Shown in pieces: positions 1 through 9,005 of a DNA stretch of 55,662 bases. The notes below the pieces were generated by a model. The model was not told where the DNA came from, ran no database searches, and saw only the letters and a program-made list of their open reading frames with translations. This stretch comes from Limisphaerales bacterium. GTDB taxonomy: Bacteria > Verrucomicrobiota > Verrucomicrobiia > Limisphaerales > JAYPEY01. The position numbers were made by a program, and so were the translations under genes. The first letter of the stretch is position 1. Every line of letters starts with the position of its first letter. The DNA lies in NCBI GenBank assembly GCA_047618185.1, contig JBLHKZ010000002.1:1-55662 (forward strand), written 5' to 3'.

Positions 1-1
1 G

Positions 2-298
2 GAGATCAAGCTCAAGCACGTCCCCTTTCCCGTCGCCCTGCCCGGCGACAAGGAACTGGTCTGGCTCATGGCCAAAAAGGAAAACCTCAGCCCGGAAGAG
101 GCCGGCATCGCCCTGGCCAGCGTGCAGGTGGAATTCTGGGAATCCAAGAGCGGGCAAAATCAAATACGCAAAGGCGCCGAACGCAGCTTCCCTGAGTTTG
201 TGACCCGAGTGCCGGCCAGGATGCTGTCCGAAGTCGGCCTCAAACGGCACTACAAAGAGCCCGAAGCCATCAAGATCCTCCAGCAACTCAAGTCTTAG
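2..298 (+). CDS. hypothetical protein, C-terminal part (probably continues off the left edge)
   Basis: The frame of ORF 68..298 stays open back to nt 2 (EIKLKHVPFPVALPGDKELVWL...) with GC-rich third positions. No recognisable domain. Confidence 0.45.
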   Translation, partial: EIKLKHVPFPVALPGDKELVWLMAKKENLSPEEAGIALASVQVEFWESKSGQNQIRKGAERSFPEFVTRVPARMLSEVGLKRHYKEPEAIKILQQLKS

Positions 299-412
299 CA
301 TTCATCATCCGGCGGCCCCACAGTCACGGGGTCGCCGGAGCGCCCAACTACGACCACGCGTTCCTGGAATTTCGCTGATTGCAACGGATTCCCAGTCCGG
401 TAGATTCCCCGC

Positions 413-925
413 ATGAATTTCAAGAAAACGATTATCCGCGCCGCCACGGTCGCCATCGGCCTCGTTCACTTCGCCGGCTGTGCGCCAAAGGATCAGCCCG
501 CTACCGGCCGCGCAAATAGCCCCGCCGCACAGAATCCGACGGACGCGCCCACAGATGGAGCCGCGTTCCTGGAAGCCAACAAGTCAAAGCCCGGCGTCAT
601 CGTCACCGAAAGCGGCCTGCAATATAGGGTCATCAAGGCCGGCACAGGCAAGACCCCAACCGCCACCGACGAGGTGACCACGCACTACACCGGCACTCTG
701 ATCGACGGCACGGAATTCGACAGCTCCGTCGGCGGCGAGCCCGCGACATTTCCCGTGGGCGGCGTGATCGGAGGCTGGACGGAGGCCCTTCAGCTGATGA
801 AAGAGGGCGCGAAATGGAAGCTCTTCATCCCCAGCATACTCGCCTATGGCGCCCGCGGCGCTCCGCCCAGCATCCCACCCGCCGCCACGCTGATCTTCGA
901 GATCGAACTGATCAAGGTGAACTAG
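413..925 (+). CDS. FKBP-type peptidyl-prolyl cis-trans isomerase, lipoprotein-type signal
   Basis: ATG start. N-terminal signal ends in AGC (lipobox-like). FKBP core read as [12 protein letters not shown]...[15 protein letters not shown]...[34 protein letters not shown]...LIFEIELI. Confidence 0.9.
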   Translation: MNFKKTIIRAATVAIGLVHFAGCAPKDQPATGRANSPAAQNPTDAPTDGAAFLEANKSKPGVIVTESGLQYRVIKAGTGKTPTATDEVTTHYTGTLIDGTEFDSSVGGEPATFPVGGVIGGWTEALQLMKEGAKWKLFIPSILAYGARGAPPSIPPAATLIFEIELIKVN

Positions 926-1098
926 TCCGACTGCGGCTCCAGGCCGCAAACGAACTGGGTTGGATCGGTGATCAGCAGATCAGCTTGAGGAAGCGCTGTT
1001 TTGTTCTTCCAGAGAAAACGGAGCTTCTTGAATCTAAGCCAACGCGGCGAGCATATCGGGGTCAGTTCTTGACTTTTGATACAACCAATTGCGCGGCC

Positions 1099-2568
1099 TT
1101 ATCCAACCAATTTCTCCACCACGTTGCCATGCACGTCGGTGAGCCGGAAATCGCGGCCCTGGAAACGATACGTGAGCTTCTCGTGATCGAGGCCGAAGAG
1201 GTGGAGGATGCTCGCGTGGAGATCGTGCACATGCACCGGCTCCTCGGTCGCGCTCCAGCCGATCTCATCCGTCGCGCCAATCACCTGACCGCCCTTGACG
1301 CCCCCGCCGGCCATCCATTTGGTGAAGCCGTAGGGATGGTGATCGCGGCCGGTGATGGTCTTGAAATTGACCCGGTTCTCGCCCAGCGGCGTGCGGCCAA
1401 ACTCCCCGCCCCAGACGACGAGCGTTTCATCCAGCAGGCCTCGCGCCTTGAGGTCCTTCAACAGGGCCGCCACGGGTTGGTCGGAGACCTTGCAATTGTA
1501 GGCGAGCCCGCTGTTGAGGTAACTGTGATGATCCCAGGTGGAGAAGAACAAATTCACGAAGCGAACGCCGCGCTCGATCATGCGGCGGGCGAGCAGGCAG
1601 TTGCGCGCGAAGGAACCGAAGAAACCCGGTCCGCCAGGCTTGCCTGCAGCGGTGACTTCTTCGCGACTCAAGCCGTAGGCGTCGAGGGTCGCCTTTGATT
1701 CCCCCGAGAGATCGAGCAGCTCGGGCGCGGCCGACTGCATGCGAAAGGCGAGCTCGTAGGCCTTGATCCGGCTGGCGACCTCCGAGTGCCCGACCTGATC
1801 GAGACGCAGCTGATTCAGATCATTCACCGCCCGCAGGCTGCGCTCCTGCATCGCGTCGCTGACGCCCGGCGGATTGGCGAGGTTCAGCACAGGACTGCCG
1901 TGATTGCGAAACAGTGATCCCGAATAATTTGACGGCAGAAATCCGCTCGACCAACTGGCCGCTCCGCCGGGCAACCCGCGCCCGAGCGTCACCATCGCGA
2001 CGTAGGCGGGAAGATTTTGGGTCTCGCTGCCGAGTCCGTAGTTCAGCCACGAACCCAGCGTCGGCCACCCGCGAAAGGGCGAACCGGTCAGCATCTTCAA
2101 CTGTCCCGGCAGATGATTGAACTGATCCGTGTGCATCGAACGCACGAAGGCGATATCGTCGACGCATTCGGTCAAGTGCGGCAGCAGGTCGGAAATATCC
2201 ATGCCGCACTGGCCATATTTCTTGAACGTGCGCGGCGTGCCCATGAGGCGCGCGCTTTCCTTCTGAATGAAGGCGAACTTCACCGCCTTGAGCATCGAGT
2301 CGGGCAATGGCTGGCCGTCGAGCTCGTTGAGCTTCGGCTTGGGATCAAACAGGTCCATGTGACTGGGCCCGCCCTCCATGAAAAAGTAGATGCAGTTCTT
2401 CGCCTTGGGCGCGAAGTGCGGCCGTCCGACCGGCGCCGCGGTAAGATCCGCCTCACCCGCAAGCAGCCCGTCCTTCTTGAGCAACGACGCGAGGGCCAGC
2501 GTCCCCAGGCCATTGGCGCCCGAGGACAGGAAACGTCGGCGGTTGAGGTCGTCGGGATTGATGTTCAT
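1099..2568 (-). CDS. DUF1501 domain protein (sulfatase/alkaline-phosphatase superfamily), Tat signal
   Basis: Internal ATG at 2568 gives MNINPDDLNRRRFLSSGANGLGTLALA (twin-arginine signal). DUF1501 C-terminal signature VVWGGEFGRTPL...GRDHHPYGFTKWMAGGGVKGG. Lies directly downstream of a DUF1553 gene. Confidence 0.9.
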   Translation of the reverse strand: MNINPDDLNRRRFLSSGANGLGTLALASLLKKDGLLAGEADLTAAPVGRPHFAPKAKNCIYFFMEGGPSHMDLFDPKPKLNELDGQPLPDSMLKAVKFAFIQKESARLMGTPRTFKKYGQCGMDISDLLPHLTECVDDIAFVRSMHTDQFNHLPGQLKMLTGSPFRGWPTLGSWLNYGLGSETQNLPAYVAMVTLGRGLPGGAASWSSGFLPSNYSGSLFRNHGSPVLNLANPPGVSDAMQERSLRAVNDLNQLRLDQVGHSEVASRIKAYELAFRMQSAAPELLDLSGESKATLDAYGLSREEVTAAGKPGGPGFFGSFARNCLLARRMIERGVRFVNLFFSTWDHHSYLNSGLAYNCKVSDQPVAALLKDLKARGLLDETLVVWGGEFGRTPLGENRVNFKTITGRDHHPYGFTKWMAGGGVKGGQVIGATDEIGWSATEEPVHVHDLHASILHLFGLDHEKLTYRFQGRDFRLTDVHGNVVEKLVG

Positions 2569-2700
2569 GACGTCGTTCAATGTCGATGGGCGCGGTAGGG
2601 ATGCGCTGCCGCGCGTCCGGGCGCCGGCTTGCCACCCGGCGCCGCGAACACTCTGACAACCTGCGACGCGCCGAGGACGCTCAGCAGCGCGTCCCCCTTC

Positions 2701-2730
2701 CATTCGTGTTTATTCGTGTCCATTCGTGGT
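2701..2730. repeat. 3 x 10-bp phased tandem repeat (CATTCGTGTT/TATTCGTGTC/CATTCGTGGT)
   Basis: Read directly in the spacer between the DUF1553 stop and the DUF1501 start. Same family as 5507..5536 (CATCTGTGTT x3). Confidence 0.6.
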
Positions 2731-2733
2731 TTC

Positions 2734-5421
2734 TCAATCTCGCGTAATAAATTCATCCAGATTCATGATGATGCGCGCGACCGCAGTTATGGGGTCAGTC
2801 CCCGAGTCCTTTGACTTCCCCGCCTTCATCGCGCTCAGATCGCTCAACGCGCCGTTCAAAAATTCCGTTTCCCGCGGCTGAGGCTCACGTCCCAGACAAC
2901 GAGCAAACATCTCGCGAATCGCCGCTTCTCCATCCGAGCCATGCCGCCCCCGCATCTCGGCGCCGAGTGTCTCGGCGCATTCGAAAAAGACGGGATCGTT
3001 CATCAACGTCAACGCCTGCAAGGGCGAATTCGAACGCTCGCGCCGGCTGCAGCTGGCGCTCGAATCCGGCGCGTCGAAGGCGATCAACATCGGATACGGC
3101 ACCGTGCGCTTGAAGAAAATATACAGCCCCCGGCGATACCGATCGCCGCCCACGCTGACCGGCCACTTCACGCTGCGGCCGACCTCAGTCACGAAGGCCG
3201 GCAGGGGCGGTCGGATGCCCGGACCGCCAATGCGCGGATCCAGCAATCCGCACGCCGCCAGGTGCGCGTTGCGGATCGTCTCGGCGTTCAGTCGAAAACT
3301 GTTCTGCCGCCAAAGCAAACGATTGCCAGTCGCATAATCGGCCAACTCAGGGCGGACCGCCGACCCCTGGCGATAGACCGACGAGAGAACAATCTGGCGA
3401 ATGATTGCTTTGCGGCTCCAGCCTTGCGCCTTCAACTCCGACGCCATCCAATCCAGCGCCAATGGATGCGAAGGCGGATCGCCCTTGGTCCCAAAATCGT
3501 CGGAGCTCGCCACCAGCCCGACGCCAAACAGTCGCTGCCAGATCCGATTCACCGTCACTCGCGCGGTTAGCGGATTGCGCTCATCCACCAGCCAATGCGC
3601 GAGGTCGCGCCGATCCGCGTCGTCTCTGCTTCGCTTCAGCGGGTGAAGAATTTCGGGCGCGCCGGCCTGGACGACCTCGCCTTTGCGCGCATAATCGCCG
3701 CGGATGTGAATGTATGTTTCGCGCCGATCTTTGCGTCGCTCGGTCAGGGTCTGCGCCTTCGTCCGAGGATAAACCGGCTTCTTTTTCGAATGGCTTTCCA
3801 TCGGCAAACGCAGCCGTCTCCACTCCGAATCCAACGGCCGATAAAATGCGCTCAACTTTCTGGCCTGTTCCTTCGTTCGTTTCGCCGGCTCCAGTTTCAG
3901 ACTCGTCTCGATCTCGATCGGCGCAAAGGTGGGCTTCGCGGCAGGATCGTTCACGACCGAGATTCGGAAATGTCGCAGGGTGTTCTTCTTTCCCAGCTTG
4001 TGACGCATGGCAAACACCAGTCGGCTGCCCTTCGGAATCTCCGCCGGCCTCCCAAGCTGAAACACCGCGCTGTGATACTGATTCGGCCGCGAGGCAACGT
4101 GCCAGCCCTCGTTCGACGAGGTGTTCAACGCGAGTTCCACGCTCGCGCCGCCGGTCGACTTCGCCGACGCCAATGGCTGTCCGACGCCCTTGCTTCCCGG
4201 AGGCTCCACGGCAAACGCGAGACTCGACATGATAAACTGCCCGCCGCCCCCGCGGCCGACTGGCAGGCCCGTTGCCTTGCCATCTCCATAGCCGCCAAAG
4301 ACCTCCACGCGGATCGCGCTGACCGTGGCCGGCGCCGCGTTGGACACCTGCAAGGTGACGGTCGCTGTTTCGCCGAGTTTGCCGCTCGCGATCACCGAAC
4401 CGTCCGCCTGGATCTTCATCGTGGCGGCGTCGCCCGATTCAGCCTTGTCTGGTTTCATGATCGTCCACGCGACGTCCGAGGGCTTCGTCGCGGTTTCCCA
4501 TCTCGCCTGACGCGCGGCGAGCTTGTCGCGCTCGAAGGCGGCCACCGATTTGGCCAGGCGGTCATAGGTTGTCTCCCATTCCTTCAAATCTGCGTTGTAG
4601 CGCGCCAGTTCGAGCGGGCGCGGCGCGGGAATATTCGTCTCCTCCGTGTTGTTGAAAAAGGAATACAATCCGTAGAATTCCGCCTGCGAAATGGGATCGT
4701 GTTTGTGGTCGTGGCACTCGGCACAGCCAACGGTCAGCCCCAGCCAAACCGTTCCGGTGACGCTCACGCGATCGATCGCCTCGCGCGTGCGATTCAATTC
4801 CCGATCCGCGCCGGCCTCGGTGTTCTTCAGTGTGTTGCGATGAAATCCCGCGGCGATGCGCTGCTCGAGCGTCGCGTCCGGCGCCAGATCGCCGGCGATC
4901 TGATCGACAGTGAACCGATCGAATGGCATGTCGGCGTTGATGGCATCGATCACCCAGTCCCGATAAACCCAGGCGTAATCGCGCAGCGTGTCGCCGAGGT
5001 AGCCATCGCTGTCCGCATAGCGCGCGAGATCCAGCCAATGGCGGCCCCAACGTTCACCAAAATGCGGGGACGCCAACAGTCGATCGACCAACGCCCGATA
5101 AGCGCCCGGGGAATCGTCACTGACAAACGAAGCGACTTGCTCAGGCGACGGAGGCAACCCAAGCAGATCCAGATACAGCCGCCGGATCAACGTGGCGCGA
5201 CTCGCCTCCCTCGACGGCGACAAGCCCGCCGCCTCCAGCCGAGCCAACACAAATTGATCAATGGGATTCGCCGCCCAATCGACGGCCGCATTCACCGGAA
5301 CCGACGGACGGACAAGGGGCTGAAACGACCAATGCCCCGCGGATGCATCCCCGGCCTGGACACCGACACAACCAAACACGACGGCAAGAAACACAGCCGA
5401 CCATCGGCGAAACACTCCCAC
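2734..5421 (-). CDS. DUF1549/DUF1553 domain protein (PSD1-like)
   Basis: Motifs WLDLARYADSDGY, GCAECHDHKHDPISQAEFY, RVTVNRIWQRLFGVGLV, LQALTLMNDPVFFE. The track ORF runs to 5529 but its first ~36 codons translate the 10-bp repeat element. GTG at 5421 (or 5415) precedes the signal-like FRRWSAVFLAVVFGCVGVQA. Confidence 0.85.
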   Translation of the reverse strand: MGVFRRWSAVFLAVVFGCVGVQAGDASAGHWSFQPLVRPSVPVNAAVDWAANPIDQFVLARLEAAGLSPSREASRATLIRRLYLDLLGLPPSPEQVASFVSDDSPGAYRALVDRLLASPHFGERWGRHWLDLARYADSDGYLGDTLRDYAWVYRDWVIDAINADMPFDRFTVDQIAGDLAPDATLEQRIAAGFHRNTLKNTEAGADRELNRTREAIDRVSVTGTVWLGLTVGCAECHDHKHDPISQAEFYGLYSFFNNTEETNIPAPRPLELARYNADLKEWETTYDRLAKSVAAFERDKLAARQARWETATKPSDVAWTIMKPDKAESGDAATMKIQADGSVIASGKLGETATVTLQVSNAAPATVSAIRVEVFGGYGDGKATGLPVGRGGGGQFIMSSLAFAVEPPGSKGVGQPLASAKSTGGASVELALNTSSNEGWHVASRPNQYHSAVFQLGRPAEIPKGSRLVFAMRHKLGKKNTLRHFRISVVNDPAAKPTFAPIEIETSLKLEPAKRTKEQARKLSAFYRPLDSEWRRLRLPMESHSKKKPVYPRTKAQTLTERRKDRRETYIHIRGDYARKGEVVQAGAPEILHPLKRSRDDADRRDLAHWLVDERNPLTARVTVNRIWQRLFGVGLVASSDDFGTKGDPPSHPLALDWMASELKAQGWSRKAIIRQIVLSSVYRQGSAVRPELADYATGNRLLWRQNSFRLNAETIRNAHLAACGLLDPRIGGPGIRPPLPAFVTEVGRSVKWPVSVGGDRYRRGLYIFFKRTVPYPMLIAFDAPDSSASCSRRERSNSPLQALTLMNDPVFFECAETLGAEMRGRHGSDGEAAIREMFARCLGREPQPRETEFLNGALSDLSAMKAGKSKDSGTDPITAVARIIMNLDEFITRD

Positions 5422-5430
5422 AAACTCTCT

Positions 5431-5536
5431 AACCACAGATGGACACAGATGAACACAGATATGATTTGAACAGGAGGAAACCAACGCCGTCAGGCGTTGT
5501 CCGAAACATCTGTGTTCATCTGTGTTCATCTGTGTT
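5431..5536. repeat. composite palindromic element: inverted triplets of a 10-bp repeat around a central hairpin
   Basis: Left arm AACCACAGAT GGACACAGAT GAACACAGAT (5431-5460). Right arm CATCTGTGTT x3 (5507-5536). Central AACGCC-GTCA-GGCGTT hairpin. Sits between the CocE stop and the DUF1553 start, so it could act as a terminator. Confidence 0.65.
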
Positions 5537-5559
5537 CAAAAATCTGAAGGAAAGGCGCC

Positions 5560-7221
5560 TTACTTCATCACCGGCGCCAAAATTCGCGAAGCGTGTTTGT
5601 CCGAATGATGCACTGAGTTCACCGCGACGACCGCGTCCTTGGGAAACTCGATCGTCAACGGCTTGCCGGTCTGCGGGTTCGGCTCATAGAACGGCGCTCC
5701 CGTGCTGGAAATCGTCACCCGGATGCGATGCCCCTTTTCAAACACCTGTGAAATCCAGCCCACCGGAAACTTCAATTTGTAGACCTTGCCCGGCTTCATC
5801 AACTCCTCGCTTTCGAATCCGTTTCGGTAACGCATTCGCCAGGGATAATCGATCAGCAACATCGATCGACCGTCCGGATAAACATCGCTGACGCGCACGA
5901 TGAAATCCGTATCGCGCGCGGTGGAGGAAACAAACAACTCCGCCTGAACCCTGCCCGTCCATTCAACGGCCTCGGTTAATGGCTCAGTCGTAAAAGTCCG
6001 AACCTCAGCCTGCTCCTCGAACTTACGGGCGTCGCGCGCCCCAGGGAAGGACCGCCCCGGAATCTCCATTGGATGAAAAGGATCGCTGGTATAGGACGTG
6101 CGAGAATCCCGGGTCGTCGACTGCTTCTCCGAGAGGCCCCCTCCGGCGCCAAGGTAGAGCGGCTCAAGACGATCATTCACCGGCCAGTCGATTGCGCTCT
6201 TCCAGTTGTTCCCGCCGGACTCGACGCCCCCCTCGGCGCCCATGTGGTAATAGCGAACCTGCGGATCCTTATCGATGCCGTTGGCCTTGCTTTTCAGCCA
6301 GAAATCAAACCACCGAATCATGTGCTCCTCCATCGAGAAGGCAGCGTTCTCCGGAAACTGCATTTCCGCGATCTTCGCCCCTTTCGAACCGCCGTGCAGC
6401 CAGGGCCCGATCAACAGCCATTGATTGCCGCGCGATTTCGGGCCGCCCTTATGCTGCCGCCCCACAAAACTCGCGATCGATCCCTGGTTCATGAAATCGA
6501 ACCAACTCCCCAGCGTGAAGCAGGGCACGTTCATCTTGTCGAAATGCAATGAGCAATCCTCGGCCCGCCAGTAATCGTCGTAATTCGGATGGGCGAACCA
6601 CTCCTTAAGCAACGCGTCGTTGTCGGCGGGATCTCGACAGACGCGAGCCATGCCCTTGAAACGCACCGGACGAGTGGCCCCGCCGATGCGATACCCCTCC
6701 TGAAAAAGACTCACCCCGGTATCAGTCATGTATTGGCAGACCAGCGACGGCGGTTGAGTCACTGCCAGATAATTCTGCGCGTAGCCGCCCTGCGAGCCGC
6801 CGCGCGTCCCGACCTTGCCCGTACTCCACTTCTGTTTCCCCAGCCATTCGCAGGCGTCGTAGCCATCCCGCAGCTCGCCCCACTGCAGTGCGCGATAGCC
6901 GACGTAATGCCCCTCCGAAAGCTGCGTGCCACGGAAGTTGACCAGAGCCACGACATAACCCCGTTCCGCCGTGCGCGCGGCGCGTTGCCGGGTCGACGCC
7001 CCCCGAAAACTCGCGTAGCGCTGTTCCATGATCACCGGCCAGGGACCATCGCCATTGGGCGTGTAAATGTATGAGGAAAGCCGCTTGCCATCCCGCATCG
7101 GGATCATGACGTGCTTCTCAGTGACGGAACCGAAATCGAGCTTGGCCTCCGCGGCTACGGTGAGGCTCGCGCATGAAAAGGCCGCCGCGGCAACAAGGAG
7201 AATAGTAATCAATCTTCGCAT
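5560..7221 (-). CDS. CocE/NonD family alpha/beta hydrolase (X-Pro dipeptidyl-peptidase S15-like)
   Basis: Nucleophile elbow GGSQGG, LVNFRGTQLSEG, and a C-terminal beta-sandwich region typical of the family. The track start at 7260 is TTG. ATG at 7221 gives the signal MRRLITILLVAAAAFSCASLTVAAEA. Confidence 0.85.
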   Translation of the reverse strand: MRRLITILLVAAAAFSCASLTVAAEAKLDFGSVTEKHVMIPMRDGKRLSSYIYTPNGDGPWPVIMEQRYASFRGASTRQRAARTAERGYVVALVNFRGTQLSEGHYVGYRALQWGELRDGYDACEWLGKQKWSTGKVGTRGGSQGGYAQNYLAVTQPPSLVCQYMTDTGVSLFQEGYRIGGATRPVRFKGMARVCRDPADNDALLKEWFAHPNYDDYWRAEDCSLHFDKMNVPCFTLGSWFDFMNQGSIASFVGRQHKGGPKSRGNQWLLIGPWLHGGSKGAKIAEMQFPENAAFSMEEHMIRWFDFWLKSKANGIDKDPQVRYYHMGAEGGVESGGNNWKSAIDWPVNDRLEPLYLGAGGGLSEKQSTTRDSRTSYTSDPFHPMEIPGRSFPGARDARKFEEQAEVRTFTTEPLTEAVEWTGRVQAELFVSSTARDTDFIVRVSDVYPDGRSMLLIDYPWRMRYRNGFESEELMKPGKVYKLKFPVGWISQVFEKGHRIRVTISSTGAPFYEPNPQTGKPLTIEFPKDAVVAVNSVHHSDKHASRILAPVMK

Positions 7222-7565
7222 CAGAGTGGGGATACTGCGGCGCAGGCGGATTTGATTCAATCGAGAACAAGCGCCCTTTTTTGTGCAATATTTCGCTCTG
7301 CAATCAAAAGGCGGGCAAAAAGTTCGGCTGGTGAAGCATCCTCATGACAAATCCGCCCGAACCTTGGAGGATCTCCAAACTTCGTTGCGGAAGTCTGCCA
7401 CGAGAATGGGGTGGTCGCAACGAACACTCACCCAATAAAATCCATGGATATCGACACATCAGATCGGAGATTCTTGTCCTCGGACATAAGGCCGAACACA
7501 GAGACGGCCCGCCGGTCTGCGCCGTCATTGGCGACGCGTTGCGACGACAATCGTGTTCAAGGCAG

Positions 7566-8738
7566 TCAATTCTCTTGAGGGAATCGAACCAAGCACGATG
7601 GCGGTGCGTCAGGATCGACCAGGATCTCGCGTGGCGCGGGTCCGTTCTTCGGCCCGATAATTCCCTTTAGCTCCATCTGATCCATCAACCGCGACGCGCG
7701 AGTAAAGCTGAGCTTAAGACGGCGTTGGAGCAATGAGGCGCTGGCCTTGCGTGCCTTCAGCGTGAGCGTGATCGCCTGTTCGATCAATTCCACCTCCTTT
7801 TCCTTCACAAATTTCATTTCCTCCGACGTCGCAAAAATCCTCGCTTCATACTTCGGCCTTCCCTTCTTTTCAGCCGCCGCGACCCGACTCAGCAGCTCCT
7901 CATCGGGAACCATGGCGCCTTGCGCTGAAAACGGGACCGCCGCATCCCTCGCCAGATACAGCATATCGCCCTTGCCCTTCAGCTTCTCGGCGCCGGCGAC
8001 CCCAAGTATTACTTTCGAATCCCGCCAAGCAGCCACTTGAAAAGCAATTCGCGCCGGGATGTTTGCCTTGATCAGCCCAGTGAGAATCTTTCCCGAGGGA
8101 CGTTGCGTCGACACAATGCAGTGAATGCCGGCGGCCGAGCTCATTTGCGTAATGCGCGCGATCGCCGTTTCCGTGTCATTGCGTTTCATGTGCATCAGAT
8201 CGGCAAGTTCACTGACGATGATCACAAGGCGCGCCATCTTGAGCGGAATTTCGAGCGCTTTGTCCGGCTTGGACTCGGGTCGCTCGACCACTTTCACTGG
8301 CGTCGACGATTTATCCCGCGTGCGGGCGTTGAATTCGTCAAGGTTGCGAACTCCTTCATGGGCAAAAATCTGATGCCGGCGTTCCATTTCACCGACCACG
8401 GCGCGTAGGGCATCCACGGCCTTGATTGGATGCGTCAGAACCGGAGCGGCAAGATGCGGCAGATTCTCATAAAGCTTCATGGCATCCACCGTGGGATCGA
8501 TCAGGAGCATCTCCAGAGAATCGGCGTCAAAGCGCTCCAGCAATGAGGCGATAATGAGATCGACGCAAACGGTCTTGCCCGAACCGGTGGACCCCGCGAT
8601 TGCCACGTGCCGCTGTTCCGTCAGATCCGCAATAATCGCCTGACCAAATAGGCTGTGACCAAGAGCAATTGGAATCTTGGCGTCGGATTCTTTCCATTCT
8701 TTGGACTCAAAAATACTCTTGGGCATGGTCAGGTTCAT
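7566..8738 (-). CDS. FtsK/SpoIIIE-family ATPase, motor (beta) plus gamma winged-helix domains only
   Basis: Walker A AGSTGSGKT, LLIDPT...LPHLAAPVLT, STQRPSGKILTGLIKANIPARIAFQV, GDMLY. Gamma-like LLQRRLKLSFTRASRLMDQMELKGIIGP. No TM or alpha domain. Only ~270 bp lie upstream before the divergent neighbour. Confidence 0.85.
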   Translation of the reverse strand: MNLTMPKSIFESKEWKESDAKIPIALGHSLFGQAIIADLTEQRHVAIAGSTGSGKTVCVDLIIASLLERFDADSLEMLLIDPTVDAMKLYENLPHLAAPVLTHPIKAVDALRAVVGEMERRHQIFAHEGVRNLDEFNARTRDKSSTPVKVVERPESKPDKALEIPLKMARLVIIVSELADLMHMKRNDTETAIARITQMSSAAGIHCIVSTQRPSGKILTGLIKANIPARIAFQVAAWRDSKVILGVAGAEKLKGKGDMLYLARDAAVPFSAQGAMVPDEELLSRVAAAEKKGRPKYEARIFATSEEMKFVKEKEVELIEQAITLTLKARKASASLLQRRLKLSFTRASRLMDQMELKGIIGPKNGPAPREILVDPDAPPSCLVRFPQEN

Positions 8739-9005
8739 CTCGGGTCACGTTTCCTGTAGATACCCAATTTGACTGAGCCGGAAGGGTTTGTCCAATCGAA
8801 CGGGGCAAATTCGTCAAACCATTGTCCTCAAGAAGACTGACAAGCGCGGAGCGGCGCAAAAATGTATCATCTTACCGCCAATCCATGTCGCTCAACACAC
8901 CCGTCACATGGTTGACAGGTTGGCCTGATCCCCTAGGATGCCAATCGTTGATCCGTATTGCGCCGGGCCGCCAGCTTTCCGCTCCGCCCGATCACGCAAA
9001 ACCTG

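Noticed and set aside
3595-5469. Very long ORFs antisense to or out of frame with real genes. Examples: 3595-5469 (+), 19263-20528 (+), 26665-27942 (+), 28160-29809 (-), 30788-32023 (-), 32557-33684 (+), 35774-37006 (+), 42308-43633 (+), 20711-21673 (+).
   Set aside because: These are typical shadow ORFs of GC-rich DNA. Their translations are Arg/Ala/Gly/Pro-rich with no motifs, while the opposite-strand frames carry clear family signatures.
7570-7600. GGTTCGATTCC on the minus strand resembling a tRNA T-loop.
   Set aside because: No acceptor or D-arm complementarity exists around it, and it lies in the last codons of the FtsK-like gene (…LVRFPQEN).
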